From contig CAYMXS010000005.1 of NCBI GenBank assembly GCA_964394465.1, forward strand, positions 5,674 through 69,673: DNA of 64,000 nt, read 5' to 3'. Positions 19,845-28,826 of this stretch are shown here, piece by piece. Within the stretch, counting starts at the first letter, position 1. Every line of letters starts with the position of its first letter. The stretch is from an uncultured Thermoplasmata archaeon (GTDB lineage Archaea > Thermoplasmatota > Thermoplasmata > Halarchaeoplasmatales > Halarchaeoplasmataceae). The position numbers and the translations under genes were made by a program. Under the pieces are notes generated by a model. It had not been told where the DNA came from, searched no databases, and saw nothing but the letters and a program-made list of their open reading frames with translations.

Positions 19845-21247
19845 CTATCTCTCACCTCTTCTTTGAACAGTTTTTCTATCCTTTTTACGGCTTCCTTCTC
19901 CCCTTCAAATTCATCCAATGATATCTTACCTCCTCCAGAGTGCCTGTGACCTCCCGCCTCACCTATCTCGGAGAAGGCCCTCTTCATCTTACCGCCTATG
20001 TTCTTACTCAAATCTTTACATCGAGCGGACATATATATATCGTTTCCCAAGATACCATAAACAAGTATTGTCGCGGCGTCTTCTTCTCTCATCAGTAATT
20101 CAACGACCTGGCTCAGGTCGTCCCTATCGTTTATCTCTCCCGCGAAAGCCATCAAAAGTCCATGGTCCATCTTCCTGTTCTGGATGGCACGGCCCAACAC
20201 GTCGATGGTCTCTGGATTCAGAGGGGGACTCTCAAATATATCCAGGAGTTCTTCGTCAGCTAACGCGCCGAGATAAGTTATCGCCTTATAATCAGCGGGA
20301 TACACGTTCTTTGTATAATCATGGGTGTCGACCTTTATCCCGTAGAGGAGGGCTGAAGCCAGTAAGGGATCGATCTCCATATCTAGGTCCTGTAGATGTC
20401 TGGTCATCAATGTAGAGGTAGCTCCTACATCGCTCCTTACCTGGACGAACCTTCCCTCGTAGATATCCTTGTTCGTGTAGTGATGATCCAGGATTATATC
20501 TGGCTTGATATCCTCGGGAACTATGTTGTTGACTGAAGCTTGAGCGAAATCGACGAAAACGACCTTATCATGATCGGACAGAAGTCCCTTCACTTCGTTG
20601 CTATCAACCCTCTCCATCTCGAAGCCAGTATTAGCGATGAAGGCCTCGTTCTCCGGATGTCCAACGGTGCCGCCGTGAAACGTTGTAGAGTCCGTTCCGG
20701 CTTTTTCGCATATCTTCTCCAGGGCCATGGCGGACGCCATGGCATCTGGGTCTGGATCGTCGTGTATGAATACAGCTAATCTCTCACCCTCAGATATGGC
20801 TTTGAAAAGTTTCTTGCTCTCCCTTTTAAACTTCAAACGCTCGAGGGTACAGAGTAAACCCTGGATCGCTTTTTCTAACGAAGTAACCGCGGCTTCAAGG
20901 TCAGTCTGTTTTAGCCCTTCTTCAGGGGACCCCTCGGCGAAGAGTATCATGGGTACATCAGGAGCGAACTGTTTTTTCTGCTGGATGAATTCCTCTATCT
21001 TATCCGATGAAAGCCCGGTCAGGATGATCACAGTATCCTCTGGAGTACCGGCCCCTCTCTTCATCAGCGCCTGGGTCTGCTCTATCAGATCCGTAATATC
21101 TGTACCTGTGATGGACCTTAGAGCGGTTTTATCGGTATAACCTTTAAGCTCCCGTTTCAACCTCTCAGTAGAAGTCTTATCACCGACCAAAAGTAGATCG
21201 AAGTCGGTCACAGCGCTGGTCTTCACAGAACTGGTCTCATCAAGCAT
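19841..21247 (-). CDS. DHH/DHHA1 phosphoesterase with an N-terminal degenerate receiver-like region
   Basis: DHH motifs FIHDDPDPDAMASA, VDFA and LDHHYT. DHHA1 GGHRHSGGG near the C-terminus. About 150 aa of N-terminal extension. Confidence 0.8.
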   Translation of the reverse strand: MLDETSSVKTSAVTDFDLLLVGDKTSTERLKRELKGYTDKTALRSITGTDITDLIEQTQALMKRGAGTPEDTVIILTGLSSDKIEEFIQQKKQFAPDVPMILFAEGSPEEGLKQTDLEAAVTSLEKAIQGLLCTLERLKFKRESKKLFKAISEGERLAVFIHDDPDPDAMASAMALEKICEKAGTDSTTFHGGTVGHPENEAFIANTGFEMERVDSNEVKGLLSDHDKVVFVDFAQASVNNIVPEDIKPDIILDHHYTNKDIYEGRFVQVRSDVGATSTLMTRHLQDLDMEIDPLLASALLYGIKVDTHDYTKNVYPADYKAITYLGALADEELLDIFESPPLNPETIDVLGRAIQNRKMDHGLLMAFAGEINDRDDLSQVVELLMREEDAATILVYGILGNDIYMSARCKDLSKNIGGKMKRAFSEIGEAGGHRHSGGGKISLDEFEGEKEAVKRIEKLFKEEVRDR

Positions 21248-22040
21248 CTACTACCTCGTCGAATTCCGCCTTAATCTTCTCTAGGAACTTGTCCTTCACG
21301 GCTTTACTTGAAACAGATAAGAGGAAAAAACCCCTCTGTCCACTTGAACCCCTGCCGGCCACTCTATCGCGTGCCCAACTGAGGAAATTGAAGATCTTCT
21401 TCCTCTCCGAGAAGTTCGTCATGGAAGAGAGACCGGATATGAACACCACACACTCTCCCTTCTCCTTCTCGAAGCTTCCGATAACGCTTGATAGCGCCGA
21501 GAGATTCGACGGCGATACCTTCCTGCCGTCCATACCCTCTATCTTCGGGGAATCGCTACCCCCCTTAGAGAGCCAGATGAACTCGCAGTTCTCCTTCGGT
21601 ATTTGGTATTTATCGACGGCCTTATCCGGAGATGCCCTCGAGATGAAAAGGCCAGGGACTCCTTCTTTCAGCAGCCTAGAGAACTCTTTAAAACCCCTAC
21701 TCGGCCTCTCCTCCATTATGATACAGGAGTCGCCTGGGTTCCAATCTATGCCTTTTCTCTTCTCAGTCTTTTGGTCTTTTTTCTGCTCCTCTTCTTTTTC
21801 CTGGTCCTTCGAGCTTTCCTTTTCCAAAACCTCGATAGATTCCATGAAGTCCGGGTCTTTCTTCACTTCGGCCCGCTTGGCCTTCACGTCCTGATAGAGG
21901 GTGCCTATCTTGCTTTCGACCCTGCTCTTCAATTCCCATCCGTCGTGATGAGATATGAGATTCTGGACCTCTTTCCAGGCTTCCTTTTGGCCCCTCTTGT
22001 ATCCCTGGATGTATATCTCGATGTAATCTTCCTTGTCCAT
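21240..22040 (-). CDS. DUF835 domain protein
   Basis: C-terminal half carries SCIIMEERP...GLFISRASPDK...FIWLS and VVFISGLSSM, colinear with the DUF835 domain of the 644-1621 protein. 8-nt overlap with the DHH gene. Confidence 0.7.
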   Translation of the reverse strand: MDKEDYIEIYIQGYKRGQKEAWKEVQNLISHHDGWELKSRVESKIGTLYQDVKAKRAEVKKDPDFMESIEVLEKESSKDQEKEEEQKKDQKTEKRKGIDWNPGDSCIIMEERPSRGFKEFSRLLKEGVPGLFISRASPDKAVDKYQIPKENCEFIWLSKGGSDSPKIEGMDGRKVSPSNLSALSSVIGSFEKEKGECVVFISGLSSMTNFSERKKIFNFLSWARDRVAGRGSSGQRGFFLLSVSSKAVKDKFLEKIKAEFDEVVDA

Positions 22041-22066
22041 CTAGATCACTCGTTTCTTTTCCCGCT

Positions 22067-22879
22067 TCATCCTATGTAGTTCAGATCCTCATTGGCGCTA
22101 TCCTGCTGCATACCGCTTCCCAGGTCCATGTCCTGCACCTTGCTCGTCAGCTCTTCGACCTCTTCGGCCTTCTCGTCCAGTTTATCGTAGGTTATCTCGA
22201 CCTCTAGGAAATCTACCAATATCTCGAGGACCGCTCTAGCCGCCCCTGGATCGACGAAATAACCGGAGGTCTCTCCCATCAGGCAGATACCGGTTAGATC
22301 GTAGAGTTTATCGCCGAGGCCGAGCAGTAAGCCGCTAGCCCCAACGATACCTGAGGATGGATGCTCTTCTGAGAATCTGACGCCTAGTTCTTCCATCTCC
22401 TCTATCTTTTCTTCAGTAGTTACGGCTCCTAAAACACCGGGTTCGTCTACCATCTCACCCTGGCCGTAGCCGCCGAGGGAGAACACGGTCTTCACTCCCA
22501 TCTCCTTGGCCTCGGCTAGAAGTTTATCAGTAAGCTGGTACTGACCCTGTGGTGTCATGCCCTGATAGTCGCCGGTCAGTATGACCAGATCAGTATCGCT
22601 CTCTCCGACGTTCTCTTTATAGAAGAGGCGGTTGTTGACCAGTTTGGCCATCCCATCATCGTCGACTAAGACCTGGGGAGGAAAATAAAGGGAGTATATC
22701 TCGGCGAACTGCTCCGCTTCTATCTCGTCTATGAGGTGTTCGACGGCCAGTTTACCTACATTTCCCACTCCTGGAAGACCCTCGATCAAGACAGCGTCTT
22801 CGAACTCTTTGCTTTCCTCAAAATCAAATATTATATCATCCATATTATCATCCTTTTTTCCTTTTGAACCGTTTTCCAT
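22067..22879 (-). CDS. PAC2-family proteasome assembly chaperone-like protein
   Basis: IEGLPGVGNVGKLAVEHLI N-terminal motif typical of the PAC2/PbaA-B family. The start may be the internal Met at 22843. Confidence 0.7.
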   Translation of the reverse strand: MENGSKGKKDDNMDDIIFDFEESKEFEDAVLIEGLPGVGNVGKLAVEHLIDEIEAEQFAEIYSLYFPPQVLVDDDGMAKLVNNRLFYKENVGESDTDLVILTGDYQGMTPQGQYQLTDKLLAEAKEMGVKTVFSLGGYGQGEMVDEPGVLGAVTTEEKIEEMEELGVRFSEEHPSSGIVGASGLLLGLGDKLYDLTGICLMGETSGYFVDPGAARAVLEILVDFLEVEITYDKLDEKAEEVEELTSKVQDMDLGSGMQQDSANEDLNYIG

Positions 22880-22892
22880 CTATCCTTTATCT

Positions 22893-23075
22893 CTATTTTT
22901 CGTCTCTCTTCTTCCTTTCGTCATACTTCCTTTTCTGCTTCCGCCTGTACTCACCGTATCTGTCTTCCGGTGAGAAGGAAGGGGGCTTGGGGTTTATAGT
23001 CTTCACTCCACAGTCCTCACATCTTTCACTCAGGAAGTAGGCCCCACAAGACGGACATCTCTTGATCTTATTCAT
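22893..23075 (-). CDS. nop10: H/ACA RNP protein Nop10
   Basis: MNKIKRCPSCGAYFLSERCEDCG...PPSFSPEDRYGEYRRK is a Nop10 zinc ribbon plus the PxxFSPxDxYxxYR motif. I chose the start at the internal ATG (23075) rather than the track start at 23129. Confidence 0.85.
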   Translation of the reverse strand: MNKIKRCPSCGAYFLSERCEDCGVKTINPKPPSFSPEDRYGEYRRKQKRKYDERKKRDEK

Positions 23076-23188
23076 CCTTTGAACCGTCCCTCTAACCAAG
23101 TAGGCTTTTAAATATTTAAGGATTGTCAACCGATGATCTCTCTCTCATTGGCCAGAATAGTTAAATAAGTTCCTATCGATTCAAAATC

Positions 23189-23941
23189 ATGGCTGTATAC
23201 TTACTCGTTATCTTGATCATGGTCATCTGTGTGGTCGGCATCGTAGGGATAATGGGCTTCATCTTCTTCGTGGTCAGAAAAAAGGAGAAGAAGAAAAGTA
23301 AAGCCCTGAGGAGGTTCGCTAGTCAGAACGGTTTTCAGTTCTATGATGACAACGGTAGAGGTATGATCAATATCAACCGGATGGCAAAGTTCCCGATCTT
23401 CAATATAGGCTACATGAAGAGTGTAAAGAACATCCTTATAGGGGGCAGGAGATACAACTGGACCATCTTCGATTATCATTATACCACGGGACATTCCGGT
23501 CCTCACACATCGGCTACGCATCACCAGTTCACGGTATTCCGGGTCAGACTGGATAGGAACATAGCTGATTTCGTCCTTACAAAGGAGAATTTCATAACCA
23601 AGGTAGCCGACGCCTTCGGAGCCAACGACATCGATTTTCAAACGCACCCTCGCTTTTCAAACACCTACCGCCTCAGGAGCAAGGACCCTTCCATAAGGAG
23701 CACGTTCAACAAACAGGCATTAGACTTCTTCGAGAGGAGCAACTTCAACTTCTGTATACAATCCGTAGGTAATGAAGTGATCTTCTACAACCATTCAGTA
23801 AGGGCTTCGCCTTCCAACATCTTCCCGTACCTCGATCAGTTCGAGACACTGCTGGATCTGTTCACCGGAAGGGTTGATCAGAATGTAAGAACGGACCAAA
23901 ATGTGTCTAACGGAAGGATGGAAAGCAGAAATAGAAGATAG
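23189..23941 (+). CDS. Hypothetical protein with an N-terminal TM anchor
   Basis: 250-aa ORF with a hydrophobic N-terminus followed by a KKEKKKSK stop-transfer. No motif recognised. Confidence 0.45.
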   Translation: MAVYLLVILIMVICVVGIVGIMGFIFFVVRKKEKKKSKALRRFASQNGFQFYDDNGRGMININRMAKFPIFNIGYMKSVKNILIGGRRYNWTIFDYHYTTGHSGPHTSATHHQFTVFRVRLDRNIADFVLTKENFITKVADAFGANDIDFQTHPRFSNTYRLRSKDPSIRSTFNKQALDFFERSNFNFCIQSVGNEVIFYNHSVRASPSNIFPYLDQFETLLDLFTGRVDQNVRTDQNVSNGRMESRNRR

Positions 23942-23981
23942 AAATAGGGTTGGGTTTTATCGTGTTTCCGTCACTGAAAAA

Positions 23982-24893
23982 CTATCCCTTCAGTATCTCT
24001 TCGTACTCCGGTATAACATCGTCCACAAAGGACTTCATCCCCTCTTTCGTCTTGTAGTGGGTCATCATGTCCTCGATGACGTTGAACGGTATCGTGGCGA
24101 CTTCGGCGCCTATCTCGGCACACAGTCTTGCCTGCCTGGCCGTTCTGATACTGGCCGCTAGTATCTCGGTATCGAACTCATAGTTATCGAATATCTCTTT
24201 TATGGACCAGACCATGTCGACGCCCGAGACTATTCCTTCGTCGTGTCCCCACTCGTACATGTCCATGAACTCTTTGTTACGGTAGATCAGATCCTCTGGA
24301 TCTTTAGTGGATATATGCTGTTGAAGGTTGGTCTGCCTTATCCGTTCTGTGACTTCCTCCGGGTAATAGGTACCTTTTGCGTAATCCTCTCCTCTTTCCA
24401 AGCCGATATCCTTTCTGATATAGTCATCGATCCTTCCCAAGAACGGGCTGACGTAGGATGCGCCGGCTTTGGCGGCCATCAACGCCTGGTTGGGGCTCAT
24501 GATCAGGGTGCAGTTGATTGGTATATCTTCCCCGGACAATTTCTTTATGGCCTTTATCCCGTCGAAATCATCGTCGCCTTCCTCCATGGAGGGGTTCACC
24601 GGTATCTTGATGACCACGTTATCGTTCATGGGATTGAACTTGTCGTAAAGGGTCTCGGCCTCGGAGACCATGTCTTCATAGGATGTTCCGGCCACTTCCA
24701 GACTGACCGGTCCATCAACTGTTTTCAGTATCTCCGTGATGTGCTCCTCTAAACTTATATCTCTCGTGCTGGAGTTCACAGCGCTCTTTATCAGCGAGGG
24801 GTTCGTCGTCACGCCGTCTAAGATCCCCCAAGATTCCGCTTCCTTTATCTCGTTCAGATCAGCCGTATCTACGAATATCTTCATCTTTATCAT
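23982..24893 (-). CDS. tal: Transaldolase (TalC/Fsa-type) with a large internal insertion
   Basis: MKIFVDTADLNEIKEA...GVTTNPSLI, Schiff-base Lys context VVIKIP, and SPFLGRIDD. About 300 aa against about 220 for the compact subfamily. Confidence 0.85.
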   Translation of the reverse strand: MIKMKIFVDTADLNEIKEAESWGILDGVTTNPSLIKSAVNSSTRDISLEEHITEILKTVDGPVSLEVAGTSYEDMVSEAETLYDKFNPMNDNVVIKIPVNPSMEEGDDDFDGIKAIKKLSGEDIPINCTLIMSPNQALMAAKAGASYVSPFLGRIDDYIRKDIGLERGEDYAKGTYYPEEVTERIRQTNLQQHISTKDPEDLIYRNKEFMDMYEWGHDEGIVSGVDMVWSIKEIFDNYEFDTEILAASIRTARQARLCAEIGAEVATIPFNVIEDMMTHYKTKEGMKSFVDDVIPEYEEILKG

Positions 24894-24942
24894 CTCCTCT
24901 ATCTCATGCCTTCATATATTCTTTATCTGTCTTGGAAAAGGT

Positions 24943-25887
24943 TCATCTCCTTTCTATGACATCGTGGGCGCTCTCCACTATGGCCTCAGCCGTCAGACCG
25001 TACTTCCTCATCAGCTCTTCGCTTCCACCGGACTCTCCGAACACGTTGGGTATGCCGACCCTTTTCATGGGAACGTGATAGCTTTCGGAGACGACCTGAG
25101 ATATGCTGCTGCCCATGCCCTGGCTGACCACGTGTTCCTCTGCAGTGACTATACCTCCGGTCTTTTTCGCGGAGTCCAATATCATCTCCCTATCTAGAGG
25201 TTTTATGGTGCTCATGTTCACAACTCTAGCGTCTATATCTTCCTTCTTATCCAGCATCTTCGCAGCTTTGAGACACCTGGAGACCATTATTCCGGTCCCT
25301 ATCAGTGTAACGTCCGACCCCTCTCGGAGTATCGTAGCCTTTCCGAACTCGAAGGGGTCGTCCTCGTCCGTTATGATAGGAACGCTCGAACGGCCCATCC
25401 TCATGTAGAGCGGTCCTTCGACGTCCGCTATGGCCCGGGTGGCCTTTCCAGCTTCATGATAATCGGCCGGAGCCACGACATTCATGTTCGGGATGACCCT
25501 CATGAGCGCTATATCCTCCAGCATCTGGTGAGATGCACCGTCTCCGCCTACCGTTATGCCAGCATGGGTAGAGACCAGCTTGACGTTGAGTTCTGGATAG
25601 GCGATACTCTGCCTCACCTGGTCGTAGGCCCTCCCGGTTGCGAAGACCGCGAAGGTGCTGGCGAAGACCGTCTTGCCAGTTGTCGCTAAACCGGCGGCTA
25701 CACCGGTCATGTTCTGCTCGGCTATACCGGCGTTGAACATCCTCTCAGGAAATTCTTCCCCAAAGCTGGTTATCCTGCAGGAACCGCAGAGGTCGGCGCC
25801 TATGACTACTATATCATCTCTCTCTCTGCCTAATTCGACTAGGACTTCACCGTAGGCGTCCCTTTGCTTGGCCATCTCCCACATCAT
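24943..25887 (-). CDS. Transketolase, C-terminal (pyrimidine-binding) subunit
   Basis: FNAGIAEQNMTGVAAGLA and THAGITVGGDGASHQ motifs. ATGA-type overlap with the N-terminal subunit gene. Confidence 0.9.
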   Translation of the reverse strand: MMWEMAKQRDAYGEVLVELGRERDDIVVIGADLCGSCRITSFGEEFPERMFNAGIAEQNMTGVAAGLATTGKTVFASTFAVFATGRAYDQVRQSIAYPELNVKLVSTHAGITVGGDGASHQMLEDIALMRVIPNMNVVAPADYHEAGKATRAIADVEGPLYMRMGRSSVPIITDEDDPFEFGKATILREGSDVTLIGTGIMVSRCLKAAKMLDKKEDIDARVVNMSTIKPLDREMILDSAKKTGGIVTAEEHVVSQGMGSSISQVVSESYHVPMKRVGIPNVFGESGGSEELMRKYGLTAEAIVESAHDVIERR

Positions 25888-26720
25888 TCGTCACCTCCTA
25901 ACGCTTCTAGAGCGATCTCCAACTGTTCGTCGTTGGCCGGCTTGCCGTGGAAAGCCAATGAGCCTTCCATGAAGGGAACGCCCTTTCCTTTGACCGTTTT
26001 AGCAATTATTATGGTCGGACGACCGTCCACCTCGTCGGCTTCTCTGGTCGCTCCGACGATCTCCTTCATATCATGTCCGTTTATCTCCAACACCTTCCAA
26101 CCGAAGGACTTCCATTTAGAGACAAGCGGTTCTATAGAGACGACTTCATCCGTGGCGCCGTCGATCTGCAGGTTGTTCCTGTCCAAAAAGACGGTGAGAT
26201 TATCCAGTTTGTTATGACTGGCGAACATCGCCGCCTCCCAGATCTGTCCCGACTGCACCTCTCCGTCCCCGCACATTGCGAAAACGCGATAGTCTCTTCT
26301 GTCCAGTCTTGCCGCTAGAGCCATGCCGCAGGCTATAGAGACTCCCTGACCTAAAGAACCGGTCGAGGCGTCTATTCCCGGTGTTTTGTTCATGTCTGGG
26401 TGGCCCTGCAGCATGGACCCAAGTTTTCTTAGTTCCATGAGTTTCTCAACGGGAAAATAACCCGATTCAGCTAGAACTCCGTAAAGGGCCGGGGCCGCAT
26501 GACCCTTGCTCAGGACGAAGCGATCTCTGTCCAGCCAGTCGGGTTCTTTCGGTCTATGCTCCATGATCTCGAAATATAAGGCTGTGAGTATATCCGTAGC
26601 AGATAAAGAACCGCCCGGGTGGCCCGAACCCGCTTCGTGTGTACTTTCGACTACGTGTACTCTTACCTTACGTGCTATCTCTTCCAACTCTTCTATTTTA
26701 GATTCTTCAAGTACTGGCAT
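25884..26720 (-). CDS. Transketolase, N-terminal (TPP-binding) subunit
   Basis: SGHPGGSLS, KGHAAPALY and CGDGEVQSG motifs. Confidence 0.9.
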   Translation of the reverse strand: MPVLEESKIEELEEIARKVRVHVVESTHEAGSGHPGGSLSATDILTALYFEIMEHRPKEPDWLDRDRFVLSKGHAAPALYGVLAESGYFPVEKLMELRKLGSMLQGHPDMNKTPGIDASTGSLGQGVSIACGMALAARLDRRDYRVFAMCGDGEVQSGQIWEAAMFASHNKLDNLTVFLDRNNLQIDGATDEVVSIEPLVSKWKSFGWKVLEINGHDMKEIVGATREADEVDGRPTIIIAKTVKGKGVPFMEGSLAFHGKPANDEQLEIALEALGGDE

Positions 26721-26760
26721 CTACTATTTTCCTCCAAATGCTTCTTATGAGCGCAATACA

Positions 26761-27399
26761 TCATGACTTATTATCTTTTTCGGGAGCCTCTATCCAAGCC
26801 ATCCCCTCTTCTAGATGAACCCTTCCCTCGGCATAAGCCCCCACTACCGAAGGTAGAAGCTCGTGTTCTTTTTCTAGTACCCTTTCGGCGAGACTCTCGA
26901 CGTCATCGTCATTTTTCACCGGAACGCATCTCTGGTCGATTATCGGTCCCATGTCGACCTCATTTGTTACAAAGTGAACGGAGCAGCCGCTCCTCTTCAT
27001 GCCGGATTCCAAAACTGCTTCATGCACCTTCTCTCCGTACATGCCTTCTCCACCGAAGAGAGGTAAAAGTGCCGGATGTATGTTGATGATCCTACCGTAG
27101 TGATCGTCCACGAATCTATCTGTGAATATCCTCATGTAACCGGCGAGAACTATCAGATCTGGATCTATCTCTTCTAGAATTTTTCTTATCTCTGCTTCGT
27201 GCTCTTCCCTCGTCTTTCCCCTGTGGTCTATGACCTCGTAGTCTATATCGTGTTCTTTGGCTCTCTCTATGCAGTAAGCATCGGGGTTGTTCGTTATCAG
27301 AAGAGAGATATCGACATCGATCTCACCGGTCTCAGAGGCGTCTATTATCGACTGGAAATCGGTCCCGCTTCCGGATGCAAAGACTACTACGTCTGTCAT
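26761..27399 (-). CDS. purN: Phosphoribosylglycinamide formyltransferase
   Basis: VVFASGSGTDFQSIID and NIHPALLP motifs. I chose the start at the internal ATG 27399, because the 59 upstream residues of the track ORF have no PurN counterpart and cover the divergent promoter. Confidence 0.85.
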   Translation of the reverse strand: MTDVVVFASGSGTDFQSIIDASETGEIDVDISLLITNNPDAYCIERAKEHDIDYEVIDHRGKTREEHEAEIRKILEEIDPDLIVLAGYMRIFTDRFVDDHYGRIINIHPALLPLFGGEGMYGEKVHEAVLESGMKRSGCSVHFVTNEVDMGPIIDQRCVPVKNDDDVESLAERVLEKEHELLPSVVGAYAEGRVHLEEGMAWIEAPEKDNKS

Positions 27400-27492
27400 T
27401 CTTGAGTCGGTAATTAAGACATGAGATAAAAACGTTCTGATGAATGGATGAGAAACCCATATGTATCCAGATGCAAATAATAAATCCCAAGA

Positions 27493-27502
27493 TTTATATA
27501 AA
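27493..27502 (+). promoter_or_regulatory. TATA-like box upstream of the TFS-like paralog
   Basis: tttatataaa lies about 40 nt upstream of ATG 27540. SD aaggagggg at 27527-27535. Confidence 0.45.
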
Positions 27503-27539
27503 GGCTTTTTTCTGACTTTGACTGAAAAGGAGGGGTAAG

Positions 27540-28112
27540 ATGTTCTGCCCTGAATGTAACTCACTGATGAGACCAAAAGAAGACAAGTGGGTCTGTACCA
27601 CCTGTAACGAAGTCATAGACAGAGAGGAAAAAAAATCCAACGAGATCGCCTCAGACAGCGACTCAAATAGTAATATAACAAAACAGCCAGAGAGAGATTT
27701 ACCCACTACTGGTTCTCACTGTCCTGTATGTGGTCACGACGAGGCCTATTACAGACCAGAAGAACACAACCATCTGGATAACACTGCGGCAGACGTGAAG
27801 AACTGGGTCTATCGATGTACCGAATGTGGGCATACGAAGAAATCCATGGAGATAGTTGACAATCCATTCTACCGTCAGATGGCCGGGGATCACCACTTTG
27901 AAGAGGGTGATTTCGACAGGGCCATGGAGCACTATAAAAGGGCAGTGGAGATAGATCCAGAGAACAAGCACGAGTATCTTTCAGATCTGGCCTTGAAGGT
28001 GATATACGAGGCGTCGGAGAGTGAGCGGAACAAGGTCCTAAAGAAAACACTCGACTACTGGACAGACCTGATGAACAGCGAAGACGGAGTAAATGACATT
28101 TTTCAGGGATGA
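27540..28112 (+). CDS. TFS/RpoM-like paralog with degenerate acidic loop and a C-terminal TPR-like extension
   Basis: MFCPECNSLM...WVCTTC N-ribbon and CPVCG...YRCTECGH C-ribbon align with the adjacent TFS. The RAADEPET tip is replaced by NTAADVKNW. An extra 85 aa or so has a TPR-like sequence (GDFDRAMEHYKRAVEIDPEN). Confidence 0.7.
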   Translation: MFCPECNSLMRPKEDKWVCTTCNEVIDREEKKSNEIASDSDSNSNITKQPERDLPTTGSHCPVCGHDEAYYRPEEHNHLDNTAADVKNWVYRCTECGHTKKSMEIVDNPFYRQMAGDHHFEEGDFDRAMEHYKRAVEIDPENKHEYLSDLALKVIYEASESERNKVLKKTLDYWTDLMNSEDGVNDIFQG

Positions 28113-28179
28113 ATTAAAGCTAGAGAGGTAGCGAATCATTCTCTATTGGATGAATAAGATTCCCGCAGATAGCTACACA

Positions 28180-28191
28180 AATTATATATTA
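28180..28191 (+). promoter_or_regulatory. TATA-like box upstream of tfs (would give a near-leaderless mRNA)
   Basis: aattatatatta is centred about 25 nt upstream of ATG 28211. Confidence 0.45.
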
Positions 28192-28207
28192 TACCGTCCT
28201 CAATCTT

Positions 28208-28522
28208 TTGATGAGAACGATGTTCTGTCCAAACTGCAATTCCCTGATGAAGCCCTCCGGAGGAGAATGGGTCTGCCAGAACTGTGGTAAGACCGTCAAC
28301 ACAGATAAGAACGATAACAACGTGATCACTTCCAAGAGAGAAGAGAAAGAGACGGTTGTTGTCGAGGAGGAAGTGAGCACACTGCCGACCACAAAAGCTA
28401 GGTGCCCGAACTGTGGAAACAACGAAGCCTACTGGCGGCTCGAACAGACAAGGGCAGCGGATGAACCCGAGACCCGTATCTATCGATGTACTGAGTGCAA
28501 CCACACTTGGAGGGAATACTGA
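28208..28522 (+). CDS. tfs: Transcription factor S (TFIIS-like cleavage factor)
   Basis: Two zinc ribbons and the canonical QTRAADEPET acidic hairpin. Likely start at ATG 28211 or 28220. Confidence 0.9.
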   Translation: MMRTMFCPNCNSLMKPSGGEWVCQNCGKTVNTDKNDNNVITSKREEKETVVVEEEVSTLPTTKARCPNCGNNEAYWRLEQTRAADEPETRIYRCTECNHTWREY

Positions 28523-28826
28523 AAGATCAAGATCATGGATAACGGCTATTCCGGATATTGAGTACCGTTGAATAAATCCAAAACGATTTATTCCTAAATT
28601 ATAAATGATAGTTAGGATTTTATACTGTAAAAATCCCTTTCCGATTTAGAAGCGATCAAGACTCGAGGATGGAGTAGGACCTCAAGCCCATTTAACAGAT
28701 AGAACAGCGTTTGATATAGATAAACACAGTCGAACCTTCCCGACCCTTGAATAAAAGTGGGACCTGATGTGTGGTTAGAGATAGTCTATATGGACATCAA
28801 GTTATAGAGGAGAAAGCAAAGGGTAG

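Noticed and set aside
26761-27576. Long form of purN (271 aa) as given by the ORF track
   Set aside because: The first 59 residues have no PurN counterpart and run through the divergent promoter region. The conserved N-terminus (MTDVVVFASGSGT) starts at ATG 27399.
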